Positions 1 to 6,712 of a stretch of 12,507 bases of DNA are shown here, in pieces. This DNA is from a bacterium (GTDB lineage: Bacteria; Babelota; Babeliae; Babelales; JABCYS01): contig DAIDHG010000025.1 of NCBI GenBank assembly GCA_027452085.1, positions 1-12,507 on the forward strand. The letters are read 5' to 3'. The notes under the pieces were generated by a model. It ran no database searches. It was not told the DNA's origin and saw only the letters and a program-made list of their open reading frames with translations. The position numbers and the translations under genes are program-made. Position 1 is the stretch's first letter, and each line of letters begins with the position of its first letter.

Positions 1-103
1 GCCAATCCAGACGGAACACGCCAACTTGAAACGACATGTACAAAAATACGGCCAGTGCCGTGGCGACAAAAATACCGACGATAGTTTCAGTTCTTATCTG
101 CAA
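1..103 (-). CDS. mlaD: MCE/MlaD family protein, 5' end (runs off the window start)
   Basis: Not in the ORF track; translated by hand. TTG at 103-101 with AAAGGA (115-110) 6 nt upstream gives MQIRTETIVGIFVATALAVFLYMSFQVGVFRLDW. 'ETxVGxFV' followed by one TM helix is the typical MCE/MlaD N-terminus. Confidence 0.75.
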   Translation of the reverse strand, partial: MQIRTETIVGIFVATALAVFLYMSFQVGVFRLDW

Positions 104-123
104 CGTACGTCCTTTGCATTAAC

Positions 124-137
124 CAGGGCGTGCCCTG
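124..137. repeat. GC-rich dyad CAGGGC-GT-GCCCTG upstream of the mlaD RBS
   Basis: Perfect 6-2-6 inverted repeat. 123-136 (ccagggcgtgccct) matches the reverse complement of 3334-3347 (ccagggcgtaccct) at 13/14 positions. Confidence 0.5.
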
Positions 138-250
138 AGAACTTTAATTTTTTAAGCCTTCGCTTCGTTTTTTGGTGCACAGACTCTCCCAACCATGCGA
201 AAAATTTACCAAGAGTGTTCCAGAATCTGCAACTTTTTCAAACTGAGATC

Positions 251-1354
251 TTAAATCCAATAGATTTTTTTAATTGAAAATGGTGCTGTGGCATTGCCGG
301 TTGCTTGAAAAACAGCATATAACCGCTGTGTTACCGAGCCGACCGTGGCGTAGCTGAGCACGGAAAACAGTTTTGGATTTGCATTCGTGGCAAAGAGCAT
401 ATCGATGCCGGTCGGTAATGAAGCCAGCTCTTTTGCGTAGATTGGTTTGAGAAATTTGTTCCAGTCATTGAGCCAATTCAAACCGTTTTTATAATCTTTC
501 ACCCAGGCCTCAACCTGGGCCTTGCGTTGTTTAATATCGCCCTGTTTTGCATCGTGCAGCCCAAAAATTGTGCACCATGCATCTGAGAGAAACCAAGGAT
601 TTATCTGTTCTCGCATTTTCAGATTTGGGCCAAGCCAATCTTCGGTGGTGAATAGATCGAGTAAATAGATTTGCTTTTTGCCGGTGGTAACCGATTGTTG
701 TGCGGCACTTTCAAGTTCGTCATTAGCAGTAGGCGGTTCATAGAACAATTTATTTTTAAACACCGCAAACTCTTTCAACGTTAATAATTCAGTAACATCA
801 ATAAGTGGCACCTTGCGTTCGGTGAAAAATCTATTGAGCGCCCCGGCAACATCAAAACCAACGGCATCACGAAGCCGTTGCTCAAACTCCTTTTTAACTT
901 TTATGTAGCCCGATTCTTGCCCGGTTGTTTGCTTGAGCTCTTGCATGATGAAAAACCAATTGGGGTTAAATTTTCCTTCTTCGCACATGAGGCAAATGTT
1001 CAATGTGGCATCAATACCATCTACCTGCTCACTCAGTTTGAAGGTTTGCCATCGGTTGATGACAGGCAGGAGTATCTCAAGCATTTTTTTGCCAGATGCA
1101 ATGGTGCGTTTGCTCGTTTTGCTTTTTGCCTGTGACTCTTTTGGGGGTGTTGTAGTATCGGTAACCAGCAATGAGCTCATGGCGAGCTGTATTCCACCTT
1201 GTGCGAGCGCAGTTGCACGTTGACGGTTTATCATGGTTCGTGTTACCACCGAGTGTACGGCATTTTGATTATATATTTGTGTGCTTAAGGCAATAGCAAC
1301 TGTCATAAGCAGCAAAAGTAAAACAAATACATAACCTGATTGAGCGTGTTTCAT
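251..1354 (-). CDS. gspK: Type II secretion minor pseudopilin GspK
   Basis: Short leader MKHAQSG|YVFVLLLLL lacking Glu+5, as is typical of GspK; 'RATALAQGGIQLAM' helix; 'CEEGKFNPN' matches the GspK DExGKxNxN motif; 367 aa; last pseudopilin of the G-H-I-J-K series. Confidence 0.85.
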   Translation of the reverse strand: MKHAQSGYVFVLLLLLMTVAIALSTQIYNQNAVHSVVTRTMINRQRATALAQGGIQLAMSSLLVTDTTTPPKESQAKSKTSKRTIASGKKMLEILLPVINRWQTFKLSEQVDGIDATLNICLMCEEGKFNPNWFFIMQELKQTTGQESGYIKVKKEFEQRLRDAVGFDVAGALNRFFTERKVPLIDVTELLTLKEFAVFKNKLFYEPPTANDELESAAQQSVTTGKKQIYLLDLFTTEDWLGPNLKMREQINPWFLSDAWCTIFGLHDAKQGDIKQRKAQVEAWVKDYKNGLNWLNDWNKFLKPIYAKELASLPTGIDMLFATNANPKLFSVLSYATVGSVTQRLYAVFQATGNATAPFSIKKIYWI

Positions 1355-1357
1355 TCT

Positions 1358-2363
1358 TTACCTTTGAGGCATACCTATATGTTTTGCCGCTGCCAAGCTC
1401 AGATCCTGAAACTGTTTTGCGCGCTGCGGTGTGCGCACTAATATCTGTGGCACTGCTCCTTGCTTAATTTGGGCAAGCGGATTTTGCTTTTGCTGCGGTA
1501 GCGGCGGCTGCAAGACCATGACTCCCGCATCATGCGTAAATGGTGCCGTTGGTATCGGAATAATCGTGCTATAGCTGTGTTGGCGGATTTTTAATCTATC
1601 AAAGAGGGTGATGCGCACTTTGATCGCGGAAGGCAATGGTGGCATCTTTGGAATCTCAATTTTTTGACTCTTGTTATCACCTTTTTTGCGTGTGTCTAAA
1701 GCCGCAAAGAATTGATTGCTGTCCCAGGTGGGCGATTCTTCTATGGTGCCATCTTTTTGCGTGGAGCTGGTATATAAAAAGCTGCACACCATGTTGCTGA
1801 TATTATCCGCAACAACTATTGGTTGCGTTTTGGTAATCTGCGAAGGATTTTGCAGATTAATGACCGATTCTGATCGCAGAAGCTGATTGTTTTTAAATTG
1901 GTAGGTAACGCGCACCATTTGCGGCTTGGGTGGAACAGTATCAAGCGGCGTTACAAATCGATGTAATGGATTTTCTGTGATGAAGGTAAGTTCATCGAGT
2001 TGATTGTTTTTTTTGGCCTGAAATAAGCGCACCGCTCATTGGTTTAAAGGTAAGTTCCCGCACTTTTCCTCCTTGCGCAAAGGTTCCTGAAGCTGAGGTT
2101 GCCCCCTCGCCTTGTGTAATTTTTTGTTTTTCAATCACCGTGATTGGTTGCCATACCCCCGATAGATCATGCGTGAGTTGGCGGAGCATAATTGCCGTAG
2201 ATACATCCACATCTTCATGCTCATCGATTGCGCGCAATGTATTGTGTTGTTGTTGAAAGATATTAAAGACCAACGCCGAGATGAGTGAGGCAATGGTGAT
2301 TGATATCAGGAGCTCGAGGATAGTAAATCCATCGTGATGATGTTGTCGATTGAGCTGAATCAT
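1358..2363 (-). pseudogene. gspJ: Type II secretion minor pseudopilin GspJ, interrupted by a 1-nt frameshift at an A8 run (2007-2014)
   Basis: ATG at 2363 overlaps the gspI stop (ATGA) and gives MIQLNRQHHHDG|FTILELLISITIASL (prepilin motif, Glu+5). This frame stops at 1992. The GspJ-like C-terminal part (DELTFITENPL...MVRVTYQFKNNQLLRSE...LPSAIKVRITL) is in the +1 frame. Removing one A from the A8 run fuses them into one 334-aa ORF. May be a sequencing error rather than a true pseudogene. Confidence 0.8.
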
Positions 2364-2791
2364 GCATTGCCCTCCGCCTCGTGTGGCATGATGGCAAAGG
2401 TTACCAATGTTTCTGTGCGCGAGCCGCCAGAGGTTGATTGCCATGAAGCGGTGACCTTGATGAGCTGCGCTTCTTTAAATGTTGCCAATTGAGAAGTTGC
2501 CGGGATTGTTGTGCGTTCATATACAATCTCGGTGAGCGGTTCATCAATTTTTATATCTTTTTTTATCAAAGGCTCGGCTTTTGCAAGCGCTTGCTCTTGT
2601 AAAATGCGCTCCAACAAAATGGTCCGTTCGGCTAATTCGCTGGTGCGGCCAGTTGAAAGAAGCACATTATAATTAAGCATGAGCAAAGGGGCGCCAATGG
2701 CGCTCACGAGCGCGATGGCAAACATCACTTCTATGAGATTGAAGCCATGAGGCTTAAAGAATATGTGCTGTATATACTTTTCAATGTTCAT
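2360..2791 (-). CDS. gspI: Type II secretion minor pseudopilin GspI
   Basis: HG|FNLIEVMFAIALVS prepilin motif; C-terminal 'IKVTASW' strand; 143 aa; ATGA overlaps with both gspH and gspJ. Confidence 0.8.
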   Translation of the reverse strand: MNIEKYIQHIFFKPHGFNLIEVMFAIALVSAIGAPLLMLNYNVLLSTGRTSELAERTILLERILQEQALAKAEPLIKKDIKIDEPLTEIVYERTTIPATSQLATFKEAQLIKVTASWQSTSGGSRTETLVTFAIMPHEAEGNA

Positions 2792-3618
2792 GGCTTTTGA
2801 AACGTTGGAAATTCAGTAAAACGAACGGTGAGCGGATTTAAGACCAGGCTAAATCGACTGCCTGCGGCCGATTCGGTGTGCTCACTGCTATCAAAAATAT
2901 TAATAATTATACGTTGTGCAGTGCCATCGGGAAAAATGAAGAAATATACCTCATGAATGTTGGTGCCGCGCACATGAATATTATCTACGCCATCAATAAA
3001 AAAATCTTTAATTTCTTGGCCAGATGACCATTCAAAGGTACTTGGTACATACGTATCAGATAACGCAAGCCATACTTCTTCACCGCTGCGCTCTTTTTGA
3101 CCGGTGGCACGCTCGGCGATTACTTTGTGATGCTCAAGATCAAATCGAATTCTATAGAGTTGATGGTTGGTCAGTGCTTCTTGCCATGCTCTGCGCGTTA
3201 AGAGCTGTAGTGAAGAGACAAATTCTCGTCTCTCATTGCCGCTTCGCAGACTTAATAATGCAGGGGCCACCATGGTAGATAAAATCCCCATGATGGCCAA
3301 TACTATTATTAATTCTAAAAATCCAAAGCCACTAGGGTACGCCCTGGCGCAGCTGCCGGGGCTCTGGTGTCTTTGCGGCTGAAATGAGGAAATGGTAAAA
3401 AACCCAAAAATGGATCTAAGAATCGCACGTAAGCGACTAACAAAATACAAATTTGTTCGGCTCGTGGAACCTTGTTCGTCGACGCCGAACAAATTTGTAT
3501 TTTTTACGAGCGTACTATCTCCAAGCTTGCAACTTAGAAAATATAACTCCATCCAAGCCCTGAGACCCTCGAAGCCGCAGACGTCGGTGAGTGTATATTT
3601 TTTAGCTGCATCATTCAT
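2788..3618 (-). CDS. gspH: Type II secretion minor pseudopilin GspH with an abnormally long (97-aa) leader caused by an in-frame insertion
   Basis: SG|FGFLELIIVLAIMGIL prepilin motif; 'RRAWQEAL...YRIRFD' and 'FFIFPDG' GspH/FimT-type motifs; directly downstream of gspG (6-nt gap). No ATG/GTG/TTG lies close to the cleavage site, so the leader must include much or all of the insertion. Confidence 0.8.
   Translation of the reverse strand: MNDAAKKYTLTDVCGFEGLRAWMELYFLSCKLGDSTLVKNTNLFGVDEQGSTSRTNLYFVSRLRAILRSIFGFFTISSFQPQRHQSPGSCARAYPSGFGFLELIIVLAIMGILSTMVAPALLSLRSGNERREFVSSLQLLTRRAWQEALTNHQLYRIRFDLEHHKVIAERATGQKERSGEEVWLALSDTYVPSTFEWSSGQEIKDFFIDGVDNIHVRGTNIHEVYFFIFPDGTAQRIIINIFDSSEHTESAAGSRFSLVLNPLTVRFTEFPTFQKP
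3338..3595. mobile_element. Putative MITE / palindromic element (~258 bp) inserted in frame in the gspH leader
   Basis: Perfect 20-bp inverted repeat 3442-3461/3484-3503 (AAAATACAAATTTGTTCGGC). Nested outer pairings: tctaag 3415-3420 with cttaga 3533-3538; gagg 3386-3389 with cctc 3567-3570; 3364-3380 with 3573-3587. Imperfect ends TACGCCC/GAGTGTA, flanked by TA. Deleting 258 bp restores MNDAAKKYPSG|FGFLEL. Exact boundaries are inferred. Confidence 0.6.
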
Positions 3619-3624
3619 ACGTAA

Positions 3625-4038
3625 CTACTTATTCACTATCCCAATACGTTCCTCTTTTTCACCTTCATCGCCGCTTGGGCCTTGCGAATACAATTCATAC
3701 GGATTTTTTTGGCCCGGTGTTAAACGATACACATAATCATTACCCCAAGGATCTGGTTGTAATGATTCAATGTATGGATGCTGCCAACGATTTTTCCTTG
3801 CATCATCAGTCGGTCGTTCAACCAGCTCTTTCAATGAGCGCGGATTTGAACCAACATCAAGATTGAATTGCATAATGGCGTTTTTAAGAACGCGAATGGT
3901 TTCAGCAGCCGTACTTTTACGTGCCTTGTTATTAAATGCCATATAGGTAGGTACCGCAATTGCACCAAGTAATGCCACGATAGCAATAACAACAACTAAT
4001 TCTAAAAAGGTAAAACCAGATTGTGCTTTTATTTGCAT
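3625..4038 (-). CDS. gspG: Type II secretion major pseudopilin GspG
   Basis: SG|FTFLELVVVIAIVALLGAIAVP prepilin motif; 'FNLDVGSNPRSLKELVERP', 'WQHPYI' and the hallmark 'DPWGNDYVY'; RBS AGGAG (4048-4044) overlaps the gspF stop. Confidence 0.93.
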   Translation of the reverse strand: MQIKAQSGFTFLELVVVIAIVALLGAIAVPTYMAFNNKARKSTAAETIRVLKNAIMQFNLDVGSNPRSLKELVERPTDDARKNRWQHPYIESLQPDPWGNDYVYRLTPGQKNPYELYSQGPSGDEGEKEERIGIVNK

Positions 4039-4046
4039 TTTGACTC

Positions 4047-5267
4047 CTAAATCTCAACCAGCTGTGCTTGTTGCATCATTGGTTGAGCGATTGATATTAC
4101 AATAAATCCAACGGTGATACCCATGACCACCATCATAATTGGTCCAAGTGCATCAGACAATCCGTCGGCATATTCTTTTAATTCTGTCTCATAATTTTGG
4201 GCAACCGTAAGGAGCATGGTATCTAATTTGCCCGATTCCTCCCCCGTTTTTATAAGATAAATGGCTACCGGCGGGAAAACGCCTGTTTCTTTTAAATATT
4301 GGGCAATTCGCCCTTGTTTAATAATGTTTTCGCGAGCTTCCATTAACGATTGTGCGAGAATTTTGTTATCAATAATATTGCAGACAATATCTAAAGCTTC
4401 AGCAAAATTTACGTTACTTTCAATCAGCATGCCCAGTGTGCGTGAAAATTGTGTGACCGCTCCCATGCGGGCAAAAAAGCTCACAATAGGTATTTTTAAT
4501 TTAATTGTATCGTACATTCGTGCGCCAGAAGGCGTTGATTTCCACCAACGGAATAGTAAAACAGAGCCGAGAATCAATGCGACCACCAATAAATAATAGT
4601 GTCGAATGAAATCTGAGATGCTCATGAGTAGTTCGGTCGTGCCGGGCAACTCTTTTTTAGAACGGCGGAACTGCTCAGCCAATGATGGCACTACAAAGGT
4701 CATCAACCCAATAAGAACGAGTAACACAAGCCCAAGCTGAATCAAAGGATAGGTCATCGCGGAACGGACGCGGCTGCTAATTTCTTCACGACGTTCAAGG
4801 TAGCCGGTTAATCGTTCTAAAATAACTTCTAATCGGCCGGTGGCTTCACCCGCTCGAACTAGTTGAACATAGACATTATCAAACACATCGGGATATTGTG
4901 CCAGTGCTTCAGCTAATGAAGAGCCTTCCCGCAGCCGATCTTTAATGTTTACCAGCATGACTCGTAACCGACCCTCAAATTGATCGATGAGGAGCTCAAA
5001 AGCTTCCAGTAACGGAACGCCTGAGCGCAGAAGAACGGCAAGCTGTTTAGTCAGTAATATTTTATCCTTAACTTTGATGCGCCGAGAAAAAAGTGAGCTT
5101 ATACGCGTAAAAAGTGTCATCTCTTCTGCTACCGCTGTGCTTACAGAAATCGGATATAACCCAGATCGAGACAGTTGCTCGCGAACTGCGGTTACTGAGG
5201 TAGCATCAATAGTGCCAGAAACCTTCTTACCTTCTTTGGTATATGCTTGATAGGCGTACAATGCCAT
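4047..5267 (-). CDS. gspF: Type II secretion inner-membrane platform protein GspF (GspF/PilC family)
   Basis: Start re-assigned to ATG 5267 (MALYAYQAYTKEGKKVSGTIDA, the canonical N-terminus), 406 aa. Motifs: TKQLAVLLRSGVPL, LVRAGEATGRLE, SAMTYP, FSRTLGMLIES, TGEESGKLDTML. Confidence 0.95.
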   Translation of the reverse strand: MALYAYQAYTKEGKKVSGTIDATSVTAVREQLSRSGLYPISVSTAVAEEMTLFTRISSLFSRRIKVKDKILLTKQLAVLLRSGVPLLEAFELLIDQFEGRLRVMLVNIKDRLREGSSLAEALAQYPDVFDNVYVQLVRAGEATGRLEVILERLTGYLERREEISSRVRSAMTYPLIQLGLVLLVLIGLMTFVVPSLAEQFRRSKKELPGTTELLMSISDFIRHYYLLVVALILGSVLLFRWWKSTPSGARMYDTIKLKIPIVSFFARMGAVTQFSRTLGMLIESNVNFAEALDIVCNIIDNKILAQSLMEARENIIKQGRIAQYLKETGVFPPVAIYLIKTGEESGKLDTMLLTVAQNYETELKEYADGLSDALGPIMMVVMGITVGFIVISIAQPMMQQAQLVEI

Positions 5268-5346
5268 GTGCAATACTTTCGTAAGCCATGCTCGTTTGGC
5301 TGACTCTTGTTTTAATCTACGACCCGTTCTATGATCACACTGAAAT

Positions 5347-5374
5347 ATCATATTAAAGCGACAACAAAATACAA
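5347..5374 (-). promoter_or_regulatory. Candidate sigma70-type promoter of the gsp operon
   Basis: Minus strand TTGTAT (5374-5369), 16-nt spacer, TATGAT (5352-5347), about 80 nt upstream of the gspF ATG. Consensus match only. Confidence 0.35.
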
Positions 5375-5383
5375 ATTAACCAA

Positions 5384-5399
5384 AGAAGCTTCAGCTTCT
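5384..5399. promoter_or_regulatory. Operator-like dyad AGAAGCT-TC-AGCTTCT in the divergent intergenic region
   Basis: Perfect 7-2-7 inverted repeat between the divergently transcribed gspF and the 5457 gene. Confidence 0.4.
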
Positions 5400-5456
5400 C
5401 AATGCAAAAAGGTATTATTTTAGCCGCTTAATTCATTATACTTGAGGAGAGCCAAC

Positions 5457-6434
5457 ATGCTTATTTTACGTTCACGTAGAGTATGGACGCTACTTGCGTT
5501 TGGCGCAACTACTTTACTACATACCCAATCTATGACGCACAATGGGCCTGGGTGTGTTATGCCAAGCCCATCTGATTATGATCTCTTATTTCAGCCAGTA
5601 GAAATGACGCATGAAGGTATTAATCGCTTTTTTACGGCTGTTTATAATTCACCTCGGTACACGCAAGAAATTTTGCCTGAATCTTTGGCAAATTTAAGCG
5701 AGTTTCTCACGCATGGTAAGCAGATGAATTTTGGCCGTGAATATGCACGAGCAACGCTTTCGCTTTTTAGCCAAAAGGTAAAAGGGTGTGAATATATCAG
5801 CGCCTATGAGTTCAACACTTTTCTTTCCTCTTTGCGCCATTTGATTGATCATTATTTCTTGGCATCAACGACACGTGATCAACGCCGCAAAGATATGAAG
5901 AAAGTTTTGTATCAAGAGTTTCTCAATAACTTTGATCTGTTTAAGGAAAATCCCAGTGCATTTTTTGATACGCTGTCTGATCAACTGCTTGAGGTTGCAT
6001 ATCCCGACGAAGGCAGCATATCAATCGAATCATTGCGCAGCACGGTTATTCGCTTTCTTGAGACGTCGTTGAGCAAAATATATTGGGATCCAAATGATCA
6101 GCAATTGTGGTCGAGTGTGCGTGATTTGAGCAATGGATTGAGTTCGTTGCAAGATATGCAAATTATTGTCGATAGTGATGACCTGAATGATCTATACTGG
6201 TCGCTCGCGCATAGACTGTGTTACTTTGTAAATCTGGTAGGGTCACAATTGCCTGAGCAGTTTTATGAAGATATTTATATGGAGATGCGCAAACCTTCAT
6301 GTTGTCTTTTGTTGCATGAAGAGCAAGTTTCATTGATTGAATCAAAACGTGCCATGATTCAACGAGTGGTCACCGAGCAGCTTGCTAAGAAACAAGCATC
6401 AAGCTATGGCATTATTACGGAATCAATTTCGTAA
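5457..6434 (+). CDS. Hypothetical exported, mostly alpha-helical protein (325 aa)
   Basis: Start re-assigned to ATG 5457 behind GAGGAG (5444-5449); basic then hydrophobic N-terminus (MLILRSRRVWTLLAFGATTLLHTQS) suggests a signal peptide; no catalytic motif recognised. Confidence 0.8.
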   Translation: MLILRSRRVWTLLAFGATTLLHTQSMTHNGPGCVMPSPSDYDLLFQPVEMTHEGINRFFTAVYNSPRYTQEILPESLANLSEFLTHGKQMNFGREYARATLSLFSQKVKGCEYISAYEFNTFLSSLRHLIDHYFLASTTRDQRRKDMKKVLYQEFLNNFDLFKENPSAFFDTLSDQLLEVAYPDEGSISIESLRSTVIRFLETSLSKIYWDPNDQQLWSSVRDLSNGLSSLQDMQIIVDSDDLNDLYWSLAHRLCYFVNLVGSQLPEQFYEDIYMEMRKPSCCLLLHEEQVSLIESKRAMIQRVVTEQLAKKQASSYGIITESIS

Positions 6435-6441
6435 TTCGTTA

Positions 6442-6481
6442 AAAAAGTGCTTTAAACAAGGGCATTTTTCTTCATTTTTTT
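6442..6481 (+). terminator. Weak intrinsic terminator candidate after the hypothetical gene
   Basis: aaaaaGTGCTTT-aaaca-AGGGCAT stem with three G-U pairs, followed by tttt and a further T-rich tract, just after the 6434 stop. Confidence 0.4.
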
Positions 6482-6487
6482 CGATGC

Positions 6488-6516
6488 TTGATATACGCAT
6501 GTCGATATAGTATGGT
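6488..6516 (+). promoter_or_regulatory. Candidate sigma70 promoter for the leader and beta-helix gene
   Basis: TTGATA (6488-6493), 17-nt spacer, TATGGT (6511-6516). Confidence 0.5.
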
Positions 6517-6550
6517 TATGAAAATGAGACTTTAAAAAAAGGAAGAAGTT

Positions 6551-6712
6551 GTGAATGTTAAAACTTACATCCTGTCTAAAATTCCTGTAATACACGTTTT
6601 TCTACCCGTTGGTAGCAACATCAACAACTCATTTTTAAAGAATATATGCGCACCGTTTCGAGATTTGATTGATACTCGAAATGGTGTTTTTTGTTTGTAT
6701 CAATCTTTTTGA
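6551..6712 (+). CDS. Putative 53-aa leader peptide (uORF)
   Basis: GTG 6551 preceded by AAAGGAAG; reads MNVKTYILSKIPVIHVFLPVGSNINNSFLKNICAPFRDLIDTRNGVFCLYQSF*. It runs through the 6650-6692 hairpin and its TGA overlaps the RBS (GAGGGAG 6711-6717) of the next gene. Below the ORF-track size cut-off. Confidence 0.45.
   Translation: MNVKTYILSKIPVIHVFLPVGSNINNSFLKNICAPFRDLIDTRNGVFCLYQSF
6650..6692 (+). terminator. Intrinsic terminator in the 5' leader (attenuator-like)
   Basis: 13-bp stem GCACCGTTTCGAG (6650-6662) / CTCGAAATGGTGT (6675-6687) with two G-U pairs that work only on the + strand, then TTTTTGTTT; ends 31 nt before ATG 6724. Confidence 0.7.

Noticed and set aside
26..277. 83-aa plus-strand ORF
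   Set aside because: Antisense to the better-supported MlaD-like start and to the end of gspK; no recognisable motif or RBS.
2005..2016. Programmed -1 ribosomal frameshift in gspJ
   Set aside because: Joining the two halves needs a +1 shift (loss of one A), not -1.
2364..2444. N-terminal extension of the 1992..2444 ORF
   Set aside because: Lies inside gspI; ATG 2363 gives a normal prepilin leader and an ATGA overlap.
3338..3595. gspH insert as an intein, self-splicing intron or autonomous IS
   Set aside because: No His-Asn/Cys-Ser-Thr intein junction, no group I/II core motif recognised, and no transposase; nested inverted repeats fit a MITE-like element better.
3392..3736. 114-aa plus-strand ORF across the element and the gspG end
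   Set aside because: Antisense to two well-supported genes; an open frame is expected from the element's palindromic symmetry.
251..5267. Type IV pilus or competence operon rather than T2SS
   Set aside because: The DPWG-containing GspG, a GspK-like protein and the F-G-H-I-J-K order point to T2SS.
5268..5351. 28-aa N-terminal extension of GspF in the ORF track
   Set aside because: The family-typical N-terminus begins at MALYAYQAY (5267), and the extension reaches into the candidate promoter.
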